The position numbers and the translations under genes were made by a program. Source: Kofleriaceae bacterium (lineage in GTDB: Bacteria; Myxococcota_A; Polyangia; Haliangiales; Haliangiaceae). From it: a stretch of DNA of 64,000 bases. Positions 38,543-46,582 of the stretch are shown piece after piece. Location: the NCBI GenBank assembly GCA_965199985.1, contig CBDAUU010000120.1:1188-65187 (forward strand), read 5' to 3'. Positions within the stretch are counted from its first letter, which is position 1, and each line of letters opens with the position of its first letter. The notes beneath the pieces are model-generated. The model searched no databases. It saw only the letters and a program-made list of their open reading frames with translations, and was not told where the DNA came from.

Positions 38543-39646
38543 ATGGCTCAGCGGAGAGTCGCGGTCGCGGTCGTTGCTATTGCGGCGAGCGTGGCGGCCT
38601 ACATCGGCTTTCAGATGCCGATCAGCTGGGCAATGACGCTGCAGTCGATCTCTCTGTTCGATGGATTTCACCGCCGGTTTCTCGTCGGGACCGTGCTGTA
38701 CCCCGCGCTCAGAGCGACGCACTACGACGCCCGCGTGCTCGCGGTGTTCAGCTTCGCGGTCCTGGGCGCCTTGCTCGCGATCATCTGTCGGCTCGCCATC
38801 ACCACGCCACTGTGGTCGCGGCGTCTCTTGATCGTGGCCTTTCTCCTGCTCCCGACCGGTGGCTTTCTGTTTCACGAGGTCGGCTACTTCGAGCAGGTCG
38901 TCTACCTGATGCTGTTCGGCAGCATGTATCTCGTCACGCGCGGCAACGTGCGCGCGGCAGCCGTGCTGATGGCGTTCGCGCCGTGCGTGCACGAGCTCGC
39001 GGTCCTGACCGTGGTTCCGGTGTTCGGCATCTATGTTCTGCGCCGCATGCCGCTCCTCCGCGCCGCGCTCCTGGTTGCACCCGCGGTGGCGGTCGGCGCG
39101 GTCGTGCTCCTGGTCCCCACGATGTCGGCGCACGCGGTCGAGAACATCGAGGCCTCGCTCGCACAGGCGAACTTCAAGTTCCGCGTCGATGCGATGTACA
39201 TCTTCATCCGCAGCCAGCACGAGTCGTGGGCGATGTACTCGATCCTCGCGCAGGTCAAGGCCGTGGTCGGGACCGCGGTCGTCGTCCTGCTCGGCTACCT
39301 CGCCCTCTGGCGTTCCGTGCGCTTCGCAAAGGCTGGCGTGTTCCTGCTCTCGTGCCTCGCGATCGTCGCGCCGTTCCTGCTCGTGTTCGGCGGCTGGGAT
39401 GACAATCGCTGGATCTTTCTCATCACCGCGAACTTCTTCATCGTGCTGTGGATCTCGCTCGACGACCTCGCTGCGGAGCTCGCCGCCGTACCTGTCGCGA
39501 TCCTCGCGGTCACCGCCCTCGTCCTCGGCTCGATGCCGATCTACTACTTCGAGCACGTGAAGCCGCGGCGGCTCAATCCGCCCGAGCTGCGCGCGTTCCT
39601 GCACAACGTCACCTTCGGGCGCATCTTTCGCATCCCGGACGAGTAG
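38543..39646 (+). CDS. Polytopic membrane protein of unknown family
   Basis: ATG 38543 inside the longer listed ORF. Mostly hydrophobic, about 10 TM. 'GGWDDNRWIFL'. No catalytic motif recognised. Confidence 0.5.
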   Translation: MAQRRVAVAVVAIAASVAAYIGFQMPISWAMTLQSISLFDGFHRRFLVGTVLYPALRATHYDARVLAVFSFAVLGALLAIICRLAITTPLWSRRLLIVAFLLLPTGGFLFHEVGYFEQVVYLMLFGSMYLVTRGNVRAAAVLMAFAPCVHELAVLTVVPVFGIYVLRRMPLLRAALLVAPAVAVGAVVLLVPTMSAHAVENIEASLAQANFKFRVDAMYIFIRSQHESWAMYSILAQVKAVVGTAVVVLLGYLALWRSVRFAKAGVFLLSCLAIVAPFLLVFGGWDDNRWIFLITANFFIVLWISLDDLAAELAAVPVAILAVTALVLGSMPIYYFEHVKPRRLNPPELRAFLHNVTFGRIFRIPDE

Positions 39647-39649
39647 GCG

Positions 39650-40798
39650 TCAGGTTGGTTCGCCGGCGAGCGGCTGCTCGTCGAGCGAGACGCCCTGCAA
39701 TCGGCGCGTGCCGCCCTCGTACCAGAGCCCCCACGCGGCCGTGACGATGCAGAACGCCACTTGCGTGATGTAGACCAGAAATACGAACGCGGCGCCGGGC
39801 CCGATCACGATCGCGGTCGGGAAATACATCGTCATGCCCGCGTAGATGCCGGCCTGAAACACGCCGAGCAGTCCTGGGGGCCCCGGGATCAGGATCGCGC
39901 AGCTGAGCATGCCCATGAGCGCGCACGCTTCGCCGAACGTGACTGCAGATCCATCGCCGTGGGTGACACCACACGCGAGGGCGAGCACCCACATGCCCGC
40001 CGCATTGAACATCCAGTACGCAGCGGTCTCGAGGACGAAGCCGAAGAAATCGCGACCGCGGCTGAACACGTGAAGGCCATCGGCGAGGTGGCTCGCCATG
40101 TTCGAGAGCTTATCGGCAAGCTTCTGCGAGACGAGGCCGAACACCACGTGCGTCGCTCGCACCGCGAACGTGCGCGCGAAATAGAACACCGCGATCACGG
40201 TGAACGCGACGGAGAACAAGCCGAGCATCGCGAAGCCCGCCCAGCGGACATGCGCAACGCTGATCTTGAGACCCACGACGGTCTCCGGCAGCGGATGGAG
40301 CGTCGGCACCGTGAGGAGCGCGATCGCGAGCACGATGCTGATGAACAGCCCATCGATCACGCGCTCCGCGACGACCGTGCCGGTTGCTGCGGTGAGCGTG
40401 AGCACCGGCTTGCCCGGGCGGATCTCCTCGGGACGCGTGCGGAGCAGCAGCGGCCGCGCGAGCTCGCCGAGGCGAAATGGGAGCGCCCACATCGCGAAGA
40501 ACCCGATGCACGAGACGGCGAACAGGCGCAGCTTCGGGACCACGATGATCTGGCGGAGCAGGAACCGCCACCGCACCGCGCGGAACCAGGTCATCCCGAA
40601 CAGCAGCGGGAAGTACACCGCGAGCGCCGACCACCGAACGTGATCGAAGTCGCCACCGTCGGGGACGAGCTTCAAGCCGCCCGATTCGATCGTGTAGACC
40701 ACGCCCACGGTAATCAGGGCGGAGGCGATCAACTTCAGCGCGTGGCGGCGCAGGAAACCTTGTTGGGCGGGCCCGGGCATGGATCGCGGGCGGTTCAT
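39650..40798 (-). CDS. UPF0104 / LPG_synthase_TM 'flippase-like' membrane protein, copy 3
   Basis: 'WFRAVRWRFLLRQII', 'PFRLGELARPLL', 'SRGRDFFGFVLETAAYW' and 'LIPGPPGLLGVFQAGIYAGMTMYF'. Start taken at 'MNRPRSMPG' (ATG 40798). Confidence 0.65.
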   Translation of the reverse strand: MNRPRSMPGPAQQGFLRRHALKLIASALITVGVVYTIESGGLKLVPDGGDFDHVRWSALAVYFPLLFGMTWFRAVRWRFLLRQIIVVPKLRLFAVSCIGFFAMWALPFRLGELARPLLLRTRPEEIRPGKPVLTLTAATGTVVAERVIDGLFISIVLAIALLTVPTLHPLPETVVGLKISVAHVRWAGFAMLGLFSVAFTVIAVFYFARTFAVRATHVVFGLVSQKLADKLSNMASHLADGLHVFSRGRDFFGFVLETAAYWMFNAAGMWVLALACGVTHGDGSAVTFGEACALMGMLSCAILIPGPPGLLGVFQAGIYAGMTMYFPTAIVIGPGAAFVFLVYITQVAFCIVTAAWGLWYEGGTRRLQGVSLDEQPLAGEPT

Positions 40799-40888
40799 AA
40801 CACGCGAACGGCGCTGGTGAAGTGGTAAGGAACGGCCCAAGGGCGTGATTTGGCTCGCTCGGGACGCGGCATGTGATATCCCCGCCCC

Positions 40889-42511
40889 GTGTCCGACACG
40901 ATGCGTCTGGAATTCACGTCGACCCCTGCCGTCGTCGCGGCTCGTTCGCACAACCGCTACGTGGCGTGCCCGGGTTGCCAGCGCGACGTGCCGAAGTACC
41001 TGTTCTATCGGGCCGGCGTCCGGTTCGTCCGCTGCGCGAACTGCGATGCGGTCTACGTCAATCCGGCGCGCGAAGAGCCCACGAACATCCTCGATATCGA
41101 GGCGCTCGAGCAATTCACGAACCCGCGCGATCGCGAGCTCGTGGTCGCGGATTTCTCCGCGCTACTCGAGCACGTCGCGCGCGATTACAAGAAGCAGACC
41201 GGCAAGCCGCTCGAGCGCACCCTGCTGCTCGGCCGCTGGCTTCCCGAATTCGAGAGCGCGGGCGCGGCGGTCGGGCTGCAGGTCGCGCCGATCACGGACG
41301 AGGTGCTGCACAAGGTCGCGGTCGATTCCGAGATCCGCTGGGCCGCGCCGTACCTCGAGCGCGCGCCGCAGGTCGTGATCCTCCACGAGCTCCTCGAGAG
41401 CTGCAGCGATCCGGGTGCTGTGGTCGCGAAGCTCGTCGCCGCGCTGCCGCTGAACACGCAGTTCGTCGTCACGTACACCAACGCCGATTCGTTTCCCGCG
41501 CGCATCTTGCGCCGCAGCTGGGCGCAGTTCTTCGGCGCCAAATCCGCGTACCTCTCGACGAGCAACCTGAGCTCGCTGCTCGCGCGCCACGGACTCGTCC
41601 TCAAGGCGCAGTACCCGCTGCCGGTCACACGCACGGCCGGGTACGTCGCGCAGATGGCCGAACGCCTGGTTCCGAACATGGGGATCGCGACGGCGGCGAA
41701 CGCGACGCCGCTGCGCAACCTCAGCATCCCGGTCCGCGCAGGCAATCGCGTCGCGGTGTTCGGCCGCAGCCACCTGTCCTCGGGACCGGCCGAGAAGCTC
41801 TCGATCATCTTGCCGGTATTCAACGAGCACCGCTTCGCGGCACAGGTCATCGATGCGGTGCTCGCGAAGGAGCTGCCGATCGAGCGCGAGCTGATCATCG
41901 TCGAGAGCAACAGCACGGACGGCACGCGCGAGATCGTCGCGAGGTACGAAGGCCGCCCTGGCGTGCGCGTGGTCTACGAGGACAAGCCGCGCGGCAAGGG
42001 CCACGCGGTTCGCACCGGGCTCCAGCACGTGACCGGCACGATCGTGCTCATCCAGGATTCGGACTTCGAGTACGACATCGACGACTACGACGCACTGCTC
42101 GAACCGCTGCTCCAGCACAAGGCGATGTTCGTCCTCGGGTCGCGCAGCCTCGGCCTCGATGACTGGAAGGTCCGCAAGTACGACGCGACGCCGATCCGCG
42201 GCGTGCTGCTCAACTTCGCGCAGGTCATGTTCGCGAAGACGTACAACGTGCTCTACCAGCAGCGCGCGACCGATGTGAACACGATGTTCAAGGTGTTCCG
42301 CAGCGAGTGTCTCGACGGGCTCGACCTGCACTCGAATGGCTTCGAGCTCGATATCGAGCTCGCGTGCAAGCTCGTTCGCAACGGCAACTCGCCGTTCGAG
42401 GTGCCGGTGAACTACGTCGCGCGCGGCTTCGAGGACGGCAAGAAGATCCGGTTCTGGCGCGATGCGGTGCCGAGCTACTTCGCGCTGTATCGCTACCGCT
42501 TCACCAAGTAA
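40889..42511 (+). CDS. Fusion protein: N-terminal zinc-ribbon + methyltransferase-like fold (degenerate SAM motif) and C-terminal GT2 glycosyltransferase
   Basis: 'CPGCQRDV...RCANCDAVYVNP'. C-terminal 'LSIILPVFNEHRF', 'VESNSTDGT', 'IQDSDFEYD' and 'FELDIEL'. Confidence 0.7.
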   Translation: MSDTMRLEFTSTPAVVAARSHNRYVACPGCQRDVPKYLFYRAGVRFVRCANCDAVYVNPAREEPTNILDIEALEQFTNPRDRELVVADFSALLEHVARDYKKQTGKPLERTLLLGRWLPEFESAGAAVGLQVAPITDEVLHKVAVDSEIRWAAPYLERAPQVVILHELLESCSDPGAVVAKLVAALPLNTQFVVTYTNADSFPARILRRSWAQFFGAKSAYLSTSNLSSLLARHGLVLKAQYPLPVTRTAGYVAQMAERLVPNMGIATAANATPLRNLSIPVRAGNRVAVFGRSHLSSGPAEKLSIILPVFNEHRFAAQVIDAVLAKELPIERELIIVESNSTDGTREIVARYEGRPGVRVVYEDKPRGKGHAVRTGLQHVTGTIVLIQDSDFEYDIDDYDALLEPLLQHKAMFVLGSRSLGLDDWKVRKYDATPIRGVLLNFAQVMFAKTYNVLYQQRATDVNTMFKVFRSECLDGLDLHSNGFELDIELACKLVRNGNSPFEVPVNYVARGFEDGKKIRFWRDAVPSYFALYRYRFTK

Positions 42512-42515
42512 GCGC

Positions 42516-43871
42516 GTGCTGAAGAAGCTGCAGCCGGCTGCGATCCTCGGGATCGGATGGCTCCTGCTTCTCGGGTACGCGTATCCCGGAACGCTGACGT
42601 TCGATTCGCTCGACCAGCTGGTCCAGGCGCGCACCGGCATCTATCGCGACGATCATCCGCCGGCGATGGCCGCGCTGTGGCGGCTCGTCGAGCACGTGAT
42701 CGCGGGGCCGTTCGGCATGCTCGCGCTACAGAGCCTCGCGTTCGCGATCGGCCTGTATCTGATCTTCCGGCGCACGTTCGCGGCGCGGGGTGCGGCGATC
42801 GCGGCGGTCGCCCTGCTGTTGTTTCCGCCGGTGTTCGCACCGCTCACCGCGATCTGGAAGGACTCGCTCATGGCGGGCTTCCTCGTGCTCGGCATCGGTG
42901 CGCTCCTCCGCACGACGCGAGGGTGGAGCGTGCTCGGCGCCGTCGCGATCGCGATCGCGGCCGCGATGCGACTCAACGCGGCCGCGGCCACGCTCGCACC
43001 GATGGTGCTGTTGTTCACGTGGGGGTGGGTCGGCTGGAAGCGGTACGTGCTCGCGACGGCCGTGTGGATCGCGACCGTCGCCGCGGCGTTCGGGCTGAAC
43101 GGCGCGCTGGCCGACCGGCAGGCCTATGGCTGGCACACGACGCTCGCGCTGTACGACATCGTCGGCACGCTGGCGAACACCGAAGAGCCGATTCCGGATC
43201 CGACGCTGGTGGAGCTCCTCGACGGCAGCAAGCTCCTCGTCCAGCACGACATTCAGCCGACGGCGCGCCAGATCTACGACCCGCGCAATTTCATCAGCTC
43301 GGTGACGGATCCCGAGCATGCGTTCTGGCACTTCTCGCTGCGCAACGACAAGCCGGTGCTCGAGCCGTTTCGCACGGCGATCAGCCGGACCTGGACGTAT
43401 CTCGTGACCCACGAGCCGCGCGCGTACCTCGCGCACCGCCTGATCACGATGAACCTGCTGCTCGATAACGGCGTTGCGATGCCCTGGCGCGGCGAAGCGC
43501 AAACGGAGCTCCGCGCATCCCTGGGCGTCTCGAATGGCGCGAGCTCGGCGCAGCTCGCGGTGTATCGCAAGCTCGTCAAGTTCGGCCGCCGGACGCACCT
43601 GTTCTCGCCGTGGATCTATCTCATCACCGCGCTGATCCTCCTCGCCATCTCGCTGCGGGAGCGCGATGTGCTTGCACTGCTACTCAGCGGCCTCTGCTAC
43701 GAGGGCACGCTCGTGATCTTCGCGGCGACCAGCGACTATCGCTACTCGCACTGGCTGGTCACGACCTGTTGCATCGCGATCGTGACGCTGTTCGCGCGCC
43801 GGCTCACCGGCCGGAGAGAAACGACAGCCGCTGAAACAACCGCTCCGGTGTATTCCTCACGATCGGCATGA
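42516..43871 (+). CDS. Polytopic membrane protein, GT-C-like (paralogue of 49686..50999)
   Basis: 'YAYPGTLTFDSLDQL', 'DDHPPAMAALW' and 'IWKDSLMAGF'. GTG 42516 start is inferred. The 3' end overlaps the convergent SDR gene by 68 nt. Confidence 0.5.
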   Translation: MLKKLQPAAILGIGWLLLLGYAYPGTLTFDSLDQLVQARTGIYRDDHPPAMAALWRLVEHVIAGPFGMLALQSLAFAIGLYLIFRRTFAARGAAIAAVALLLFPPVFAPLTAIWKDSLMAGFLVLGIGALLRTTRGWSVLGAVAIAIAAAMRLNAAAATLAPMVLLFTWGWVGWKRYVLATAVWIATVAAAFGLNGALADRQAYGWHTTLALYDIVGTLANTEEPIPDPTLVELLDGSKLLVQHDIQPTARQIYDPRNFISSVTDPEHAFWHFSLRNDKPVLEPFRTAISRTWTYLVTHEPRAYLAHRLITMNLLLDNGVAMPWRGEAQTELRASLGVSNGASSAQLAVYRKLVKFGRRTHLFSPWIYLITALILLAISLRERDVLALLLSGLCYEGTLVIFAATSDYRYSHWLVTTCCIAIVTLFARRLTGRRETTAAETTAPVYSSRSA

Positions 43872-44535
43872 TCACGCCCCAGAAGGAAGGCACGTAGGCT
43901 TCGGCCGCGCCGCTCTCGATCGCGTGCACGATGCCGCGCGCCACGGCGGGAGGCTTGCCGAACAGCGCGTGCTTGGTGTGGCTCTGTGTCATCGGCGAAT
44001 CGACGGGACCCAGCTTCAGCGTCGTGACGCTCACGCGCGCGGGATAGAGCCGGGTGCGAAGGCCTTGGAGGTAGATATTCAAGGCGCCCTTGGCCGCGCC
44101 GTAGGTGTAGTTCCGCGGTCGGCCACGGTCGCCGGCAACCGAGGTGATGACCCCGATCCGCCCACCGCGCGCGCCTTCCATCGCGTTCGCGAGCGGCACG
44201 AGCAGCGAGACGACGCTCGTGAAGTTGACGCGCAAGATGCGCTCGGCCTCGTCGAACGCGTGCTCGCTCGCGAGCTGATCACCGAGGTCGCCGTGCGCGA
44301 TCAACGCAACATCGATGGTGCCGAGCACGGCAAGCGCCTCTGCGATCACCGCGGCGTTGCGATCGAGCTGCCCGAAATCGGCGATCTGCGTGGTCGCGTT
44401 CGCGCACCGCTCGGCGACGGCGGCGAGCTTTTCGGGATTGCGGCCGACCAGGTGGATGCGATCGCCGCGGGCCGCGTAGATCGCAGCAGCTTCGGCTGCG
44501 ATCGCCGATGTCGCGCCGAGGACGAGGACGTTCAT
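43804..44535 (-). CDS. DprE2-like short-chain dehydrogenase/reductase, copy 2
   Basis: 'VLVLGATSAIAAEAA' and 'YGAAKGAL' (YxxxK). C-terminal tail 'YVPSFWGVIMPIVRNTPERLFQRL' resembles the DprE2 C-terminus. Confidence 0.7.
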   Translation of the reverse strand: MNVLVLGATSAIAAEAAAIYAARGDRIHLVGRNPEKLAAVAERCANATTQIADFGQLDRNAAVIAEALAVLGTIDVALIAHGDLGDQLASEHAFDEAERILRVNFTSVVSLLVPLANAMEGARGGRIGVITSVAGDRGRPRNYTYGAAKGALNIYLQGLRTRLYPARVSVTTLKLGPVDSPMTQSHTKHALFGKPPAVARGIVHAIESGAAEAYVPSFWGVIMPIVRNTPERLFQRLSFLSGR

Positions 44536-45263
44536 CAGAAGTTGATCTTTCGCATGACGAAACGCGGGAGCGAGCGGATGACGAGCATCACGAGCGCCCA
44601 CATGCGCGGCGCGTAGACGACCGGCTTCTTGTTGTCCATCGCGCGCACGACGAGCGCTGCGACCTTGCGCGGCTCGCCCGCGAACGGCGGCGGCTTGAGC
44701 CCGGCGGTCATCTCGGTGCGGACGAAGCCAGGCTTGACGCAGGTCACGGCCAGCCCGGCCGCGTGGAACTTGTGGTCGAGCGCCTCGAGGTACGTGGTCA
44801 ACCCGGCCTTGCTCGCACCGTAGATCGCGACTGGCTTACGCCCGCGCTCCCCGGCCACCGACGAGAACACCACGAGGTGCCCGCCACCGCGCGCGAGTAG
44901 ACGCGTGCGCGCGTGCTCGCAGAACGCGACGGTGTTCGCGAAGTTCACGGTGACGAGCCGGCGGGTCAGCTCGACATCCGCCTCGAGCGCCTCCTGGCTC
45001 GCGAACATGCCCGCCGTCACGATCACGGTCTCGAATTCGCCGGCGCGGTCGAGCGCCTCGGCGAAGCCCTCGGGGTGCTCGAGATCGCAGATGCCGAAGC
45101 CGATGGCCTCTTGGCGCGCGTGATGGACCTGCAGATCGGCGGCGCTGCGCGCGAGGTCAGCGGCATTGCGGCCGAGCAGGAACACGGAATCGCCCCGCTC
45201 GACGAGCGTGCGCGCGACCTCGCGACCCATTCCTGACGTGCCGCCGAGAATGACAACCTTCAT
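44535..45263 (-). CDS. dprE2: Decaprenylphospho-D-erythro-pentofuranosid-2-ulose 2-reductase-like SDR (DprE2-like)
   Basis: 'VVILGGTSGMGREVA' and 'YGASKAGL'. Tail 'VVYAPRMWALVMLVIRSLPRFVMRKINF' resembles the recalled M. tuberculosis DprE2 tail '...[27 protein letters not shown]'. ATGA overlap with the DprE1-like gene. Confidence 0.8.
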   Translation of the reverse strand: MKVVILGGTSGMGREVARTLVERGDSVFLLGRNAADLARSAADLQVHHARQEAIGFGICDLEHPEGFAEALDRAGEFETVIVTAGMFASQEALEADVELTRRLVTVNFANTVAFCEHARTRLLARGGGHLVVFSSVAGERGRKPVAIYGASKAGLTTYLEALDHKFHAAGLAVTCVKPGFVRTEMTAGLKPPPFAGEPRKVAALVVRAMDNKKPVVYAPRMWALVMLVIRSLPRFVMRKINF

Positions 45264-46582
45264 GCCGGATCTCCAAACAGGCGGACCGATTGAGCGCTGC
45301 GCAGGCGGTGCGCGGGATCCCACTTCTCGCGTACGGCGAGGAATGCATCGAGCCGCGGCTCCATCGCGCGAAAGTGCTCGGCACGCGTGAAGCGATCCTT
45401 CGTCATGTAGATCCGGCCGCCCGCGGCGATCACGAGCTCGTTCAGGCGATCGATCACGCGCTGGATGTCGGCGACCACCGCGATATCGACGGCGATCGAG
45501 GTGCCCTCCAGCGGAAACGACAGCATCCCTTTACCCTGCGGACCGCAATCCTTGATCACGCACAGCGGCGATGCGCAGCCGAGCGCGGCCAGCTGCTTCA
45601 TGAACTCGCGCACGGCAGGTGCGCCGGCAGCGCGCGGTATCACGCACTGGTACTGGGTCATGCCGCGGCTGCCATACGCGCGATTCCAGTGCAGGATCGC
45701 ATCGAGCGGGTAGAAGAACGGCTCCGGCGAGACCACGCGCGTGATCTTCGTGTGCAGCTGCTTGCGGTAGTACAGCGCGTTGAACGCGCGCGCTGACCAC
45801 GGATTGAGCGCCCAGTTCGGTAGCACGACCGGTAGCGACCGCGCACTCGGAACCTTCGGTACACCGGGATGCGCCTCGTCGGGCTGCGCCCAATCGCCGA
45901 TCATCATGAGCCCACGCCCGGTGCTGCGGCCGCGGCTCAAGCAATCGATCCAGCCCATCGTCATCGGCGACGTGGCCGCCGAACGGTCGAGCGCGGTGAG
46001 AAACGCATCGATGTTCGGAACCCGCTCGCTCTCCATCCGCACCCACGGGCTCGCGATGCGCTTCATCGCGAACTCCACCTCGAGGATGTGGCCGAGGAGG
46101 CCCATCCCGCCGATCGCGGCATAGAACAGCTCCGCTTGCTCCGTCGGGCTGCATGTCACGACCTCGTTACTCGCGACGCGAAGGCGCAGCTCGCGGACGT
46201 GCGCGCCGAAGCAGCCATCGCGGTGGTGATTCTTGCCGTGCACGTCACTGGCGACCATGCCGCCGACCGTCACGTACTTGGTGCCCGGGCTGACCGGTGT
46301 GAACCAGCCGCGTGGCAAGAAGACCCGGTTGAGCTCGGCGAGGCTGATGCCGGCTTCGACTCGGAGCACACCGGTCTCCGGATCGAACGCCAGGATGCGA
46401 TCCGCGAGGCGCGTCGCGACGACCTTGTCATCTGCGTTCGCGGGCAGGGACGAGTCGCCGTAGGACCGGCCGAGCCCGCGGGAGAGCCGCGCGTCGATCG
46501 TGAGGCGCTCGAGATCCGACGACAGCACCTCGCGCCCGGGCGCCGGGATGCGGCCCCATCCTTCGAGCGTCGGGTCAGCCAT
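45260..46582 (-). CDS. dprE1: Decaprenylphospho-beta-D-ribofuranose 2-oxidase-like FAD enzyme (DprE1-like)
   Basis: 'LEGWGR', 'GLGRSYGDS', 'VTVGGMVASDVHGKNHH', 'ELFYAAIGGMGLLG', 'FYPLDAILHWNRAYG', 'YQCVIP' and 'SFPLEGTSIAVD' parallel DprE1 (Rv3790) blocks recalled from memory. Confidence 0.85.
   Translation of the reverse strand: MADPTLEGWGRIPAPGREVLSSDLERLTIDARLSRGLGRSYGDSSLPANADDKVVATRLADRILAFDPETGVLRVEAGISLAELNRVFLPRGWFTPVSPGTKYVTVGGMVASDVHGKNHHRDGCFGAHVRELRLRVASNEVVTCSPTEQAELFYAAIGGMGLLGHILEVEFAMKRIASPWVRMESERVPNIDAFLTALDRSAATSPMTMGWIDCLSRGRSTGRGLMMIGDWAQPDEAHPGVPKVPSARSLPVVLPNWALNPWSARAFNALYYRKQLHTKITRVVSPEPFFYPLDAILHWNRAYGSRGMTQYQCVIPRAAGAPAVREFMKQLAALGCASPLCVIKDCGPQGKGMLSFPLEGTSIAVDIAVVADIQRVIDRLNELVIAAGGRIYMTKDRFTRAEHFRAMEPRLDAFLAVREKWDPAHRLRSAQSVRLFGDPA

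Noticed and set aside
43804-43871. 68-nt overlap between the convergent 3' ends of the GT-C-like gene (42516..43871) and the second DprE2-like gene (43804..44535).
   Set aside because: Both tails are plausible protein sequence, and I see no frameshift signature. Convergent overlaps of this size occur in GC-rich genomes where stops are scarce. I noted it in the feature evidence rather than as a finding.
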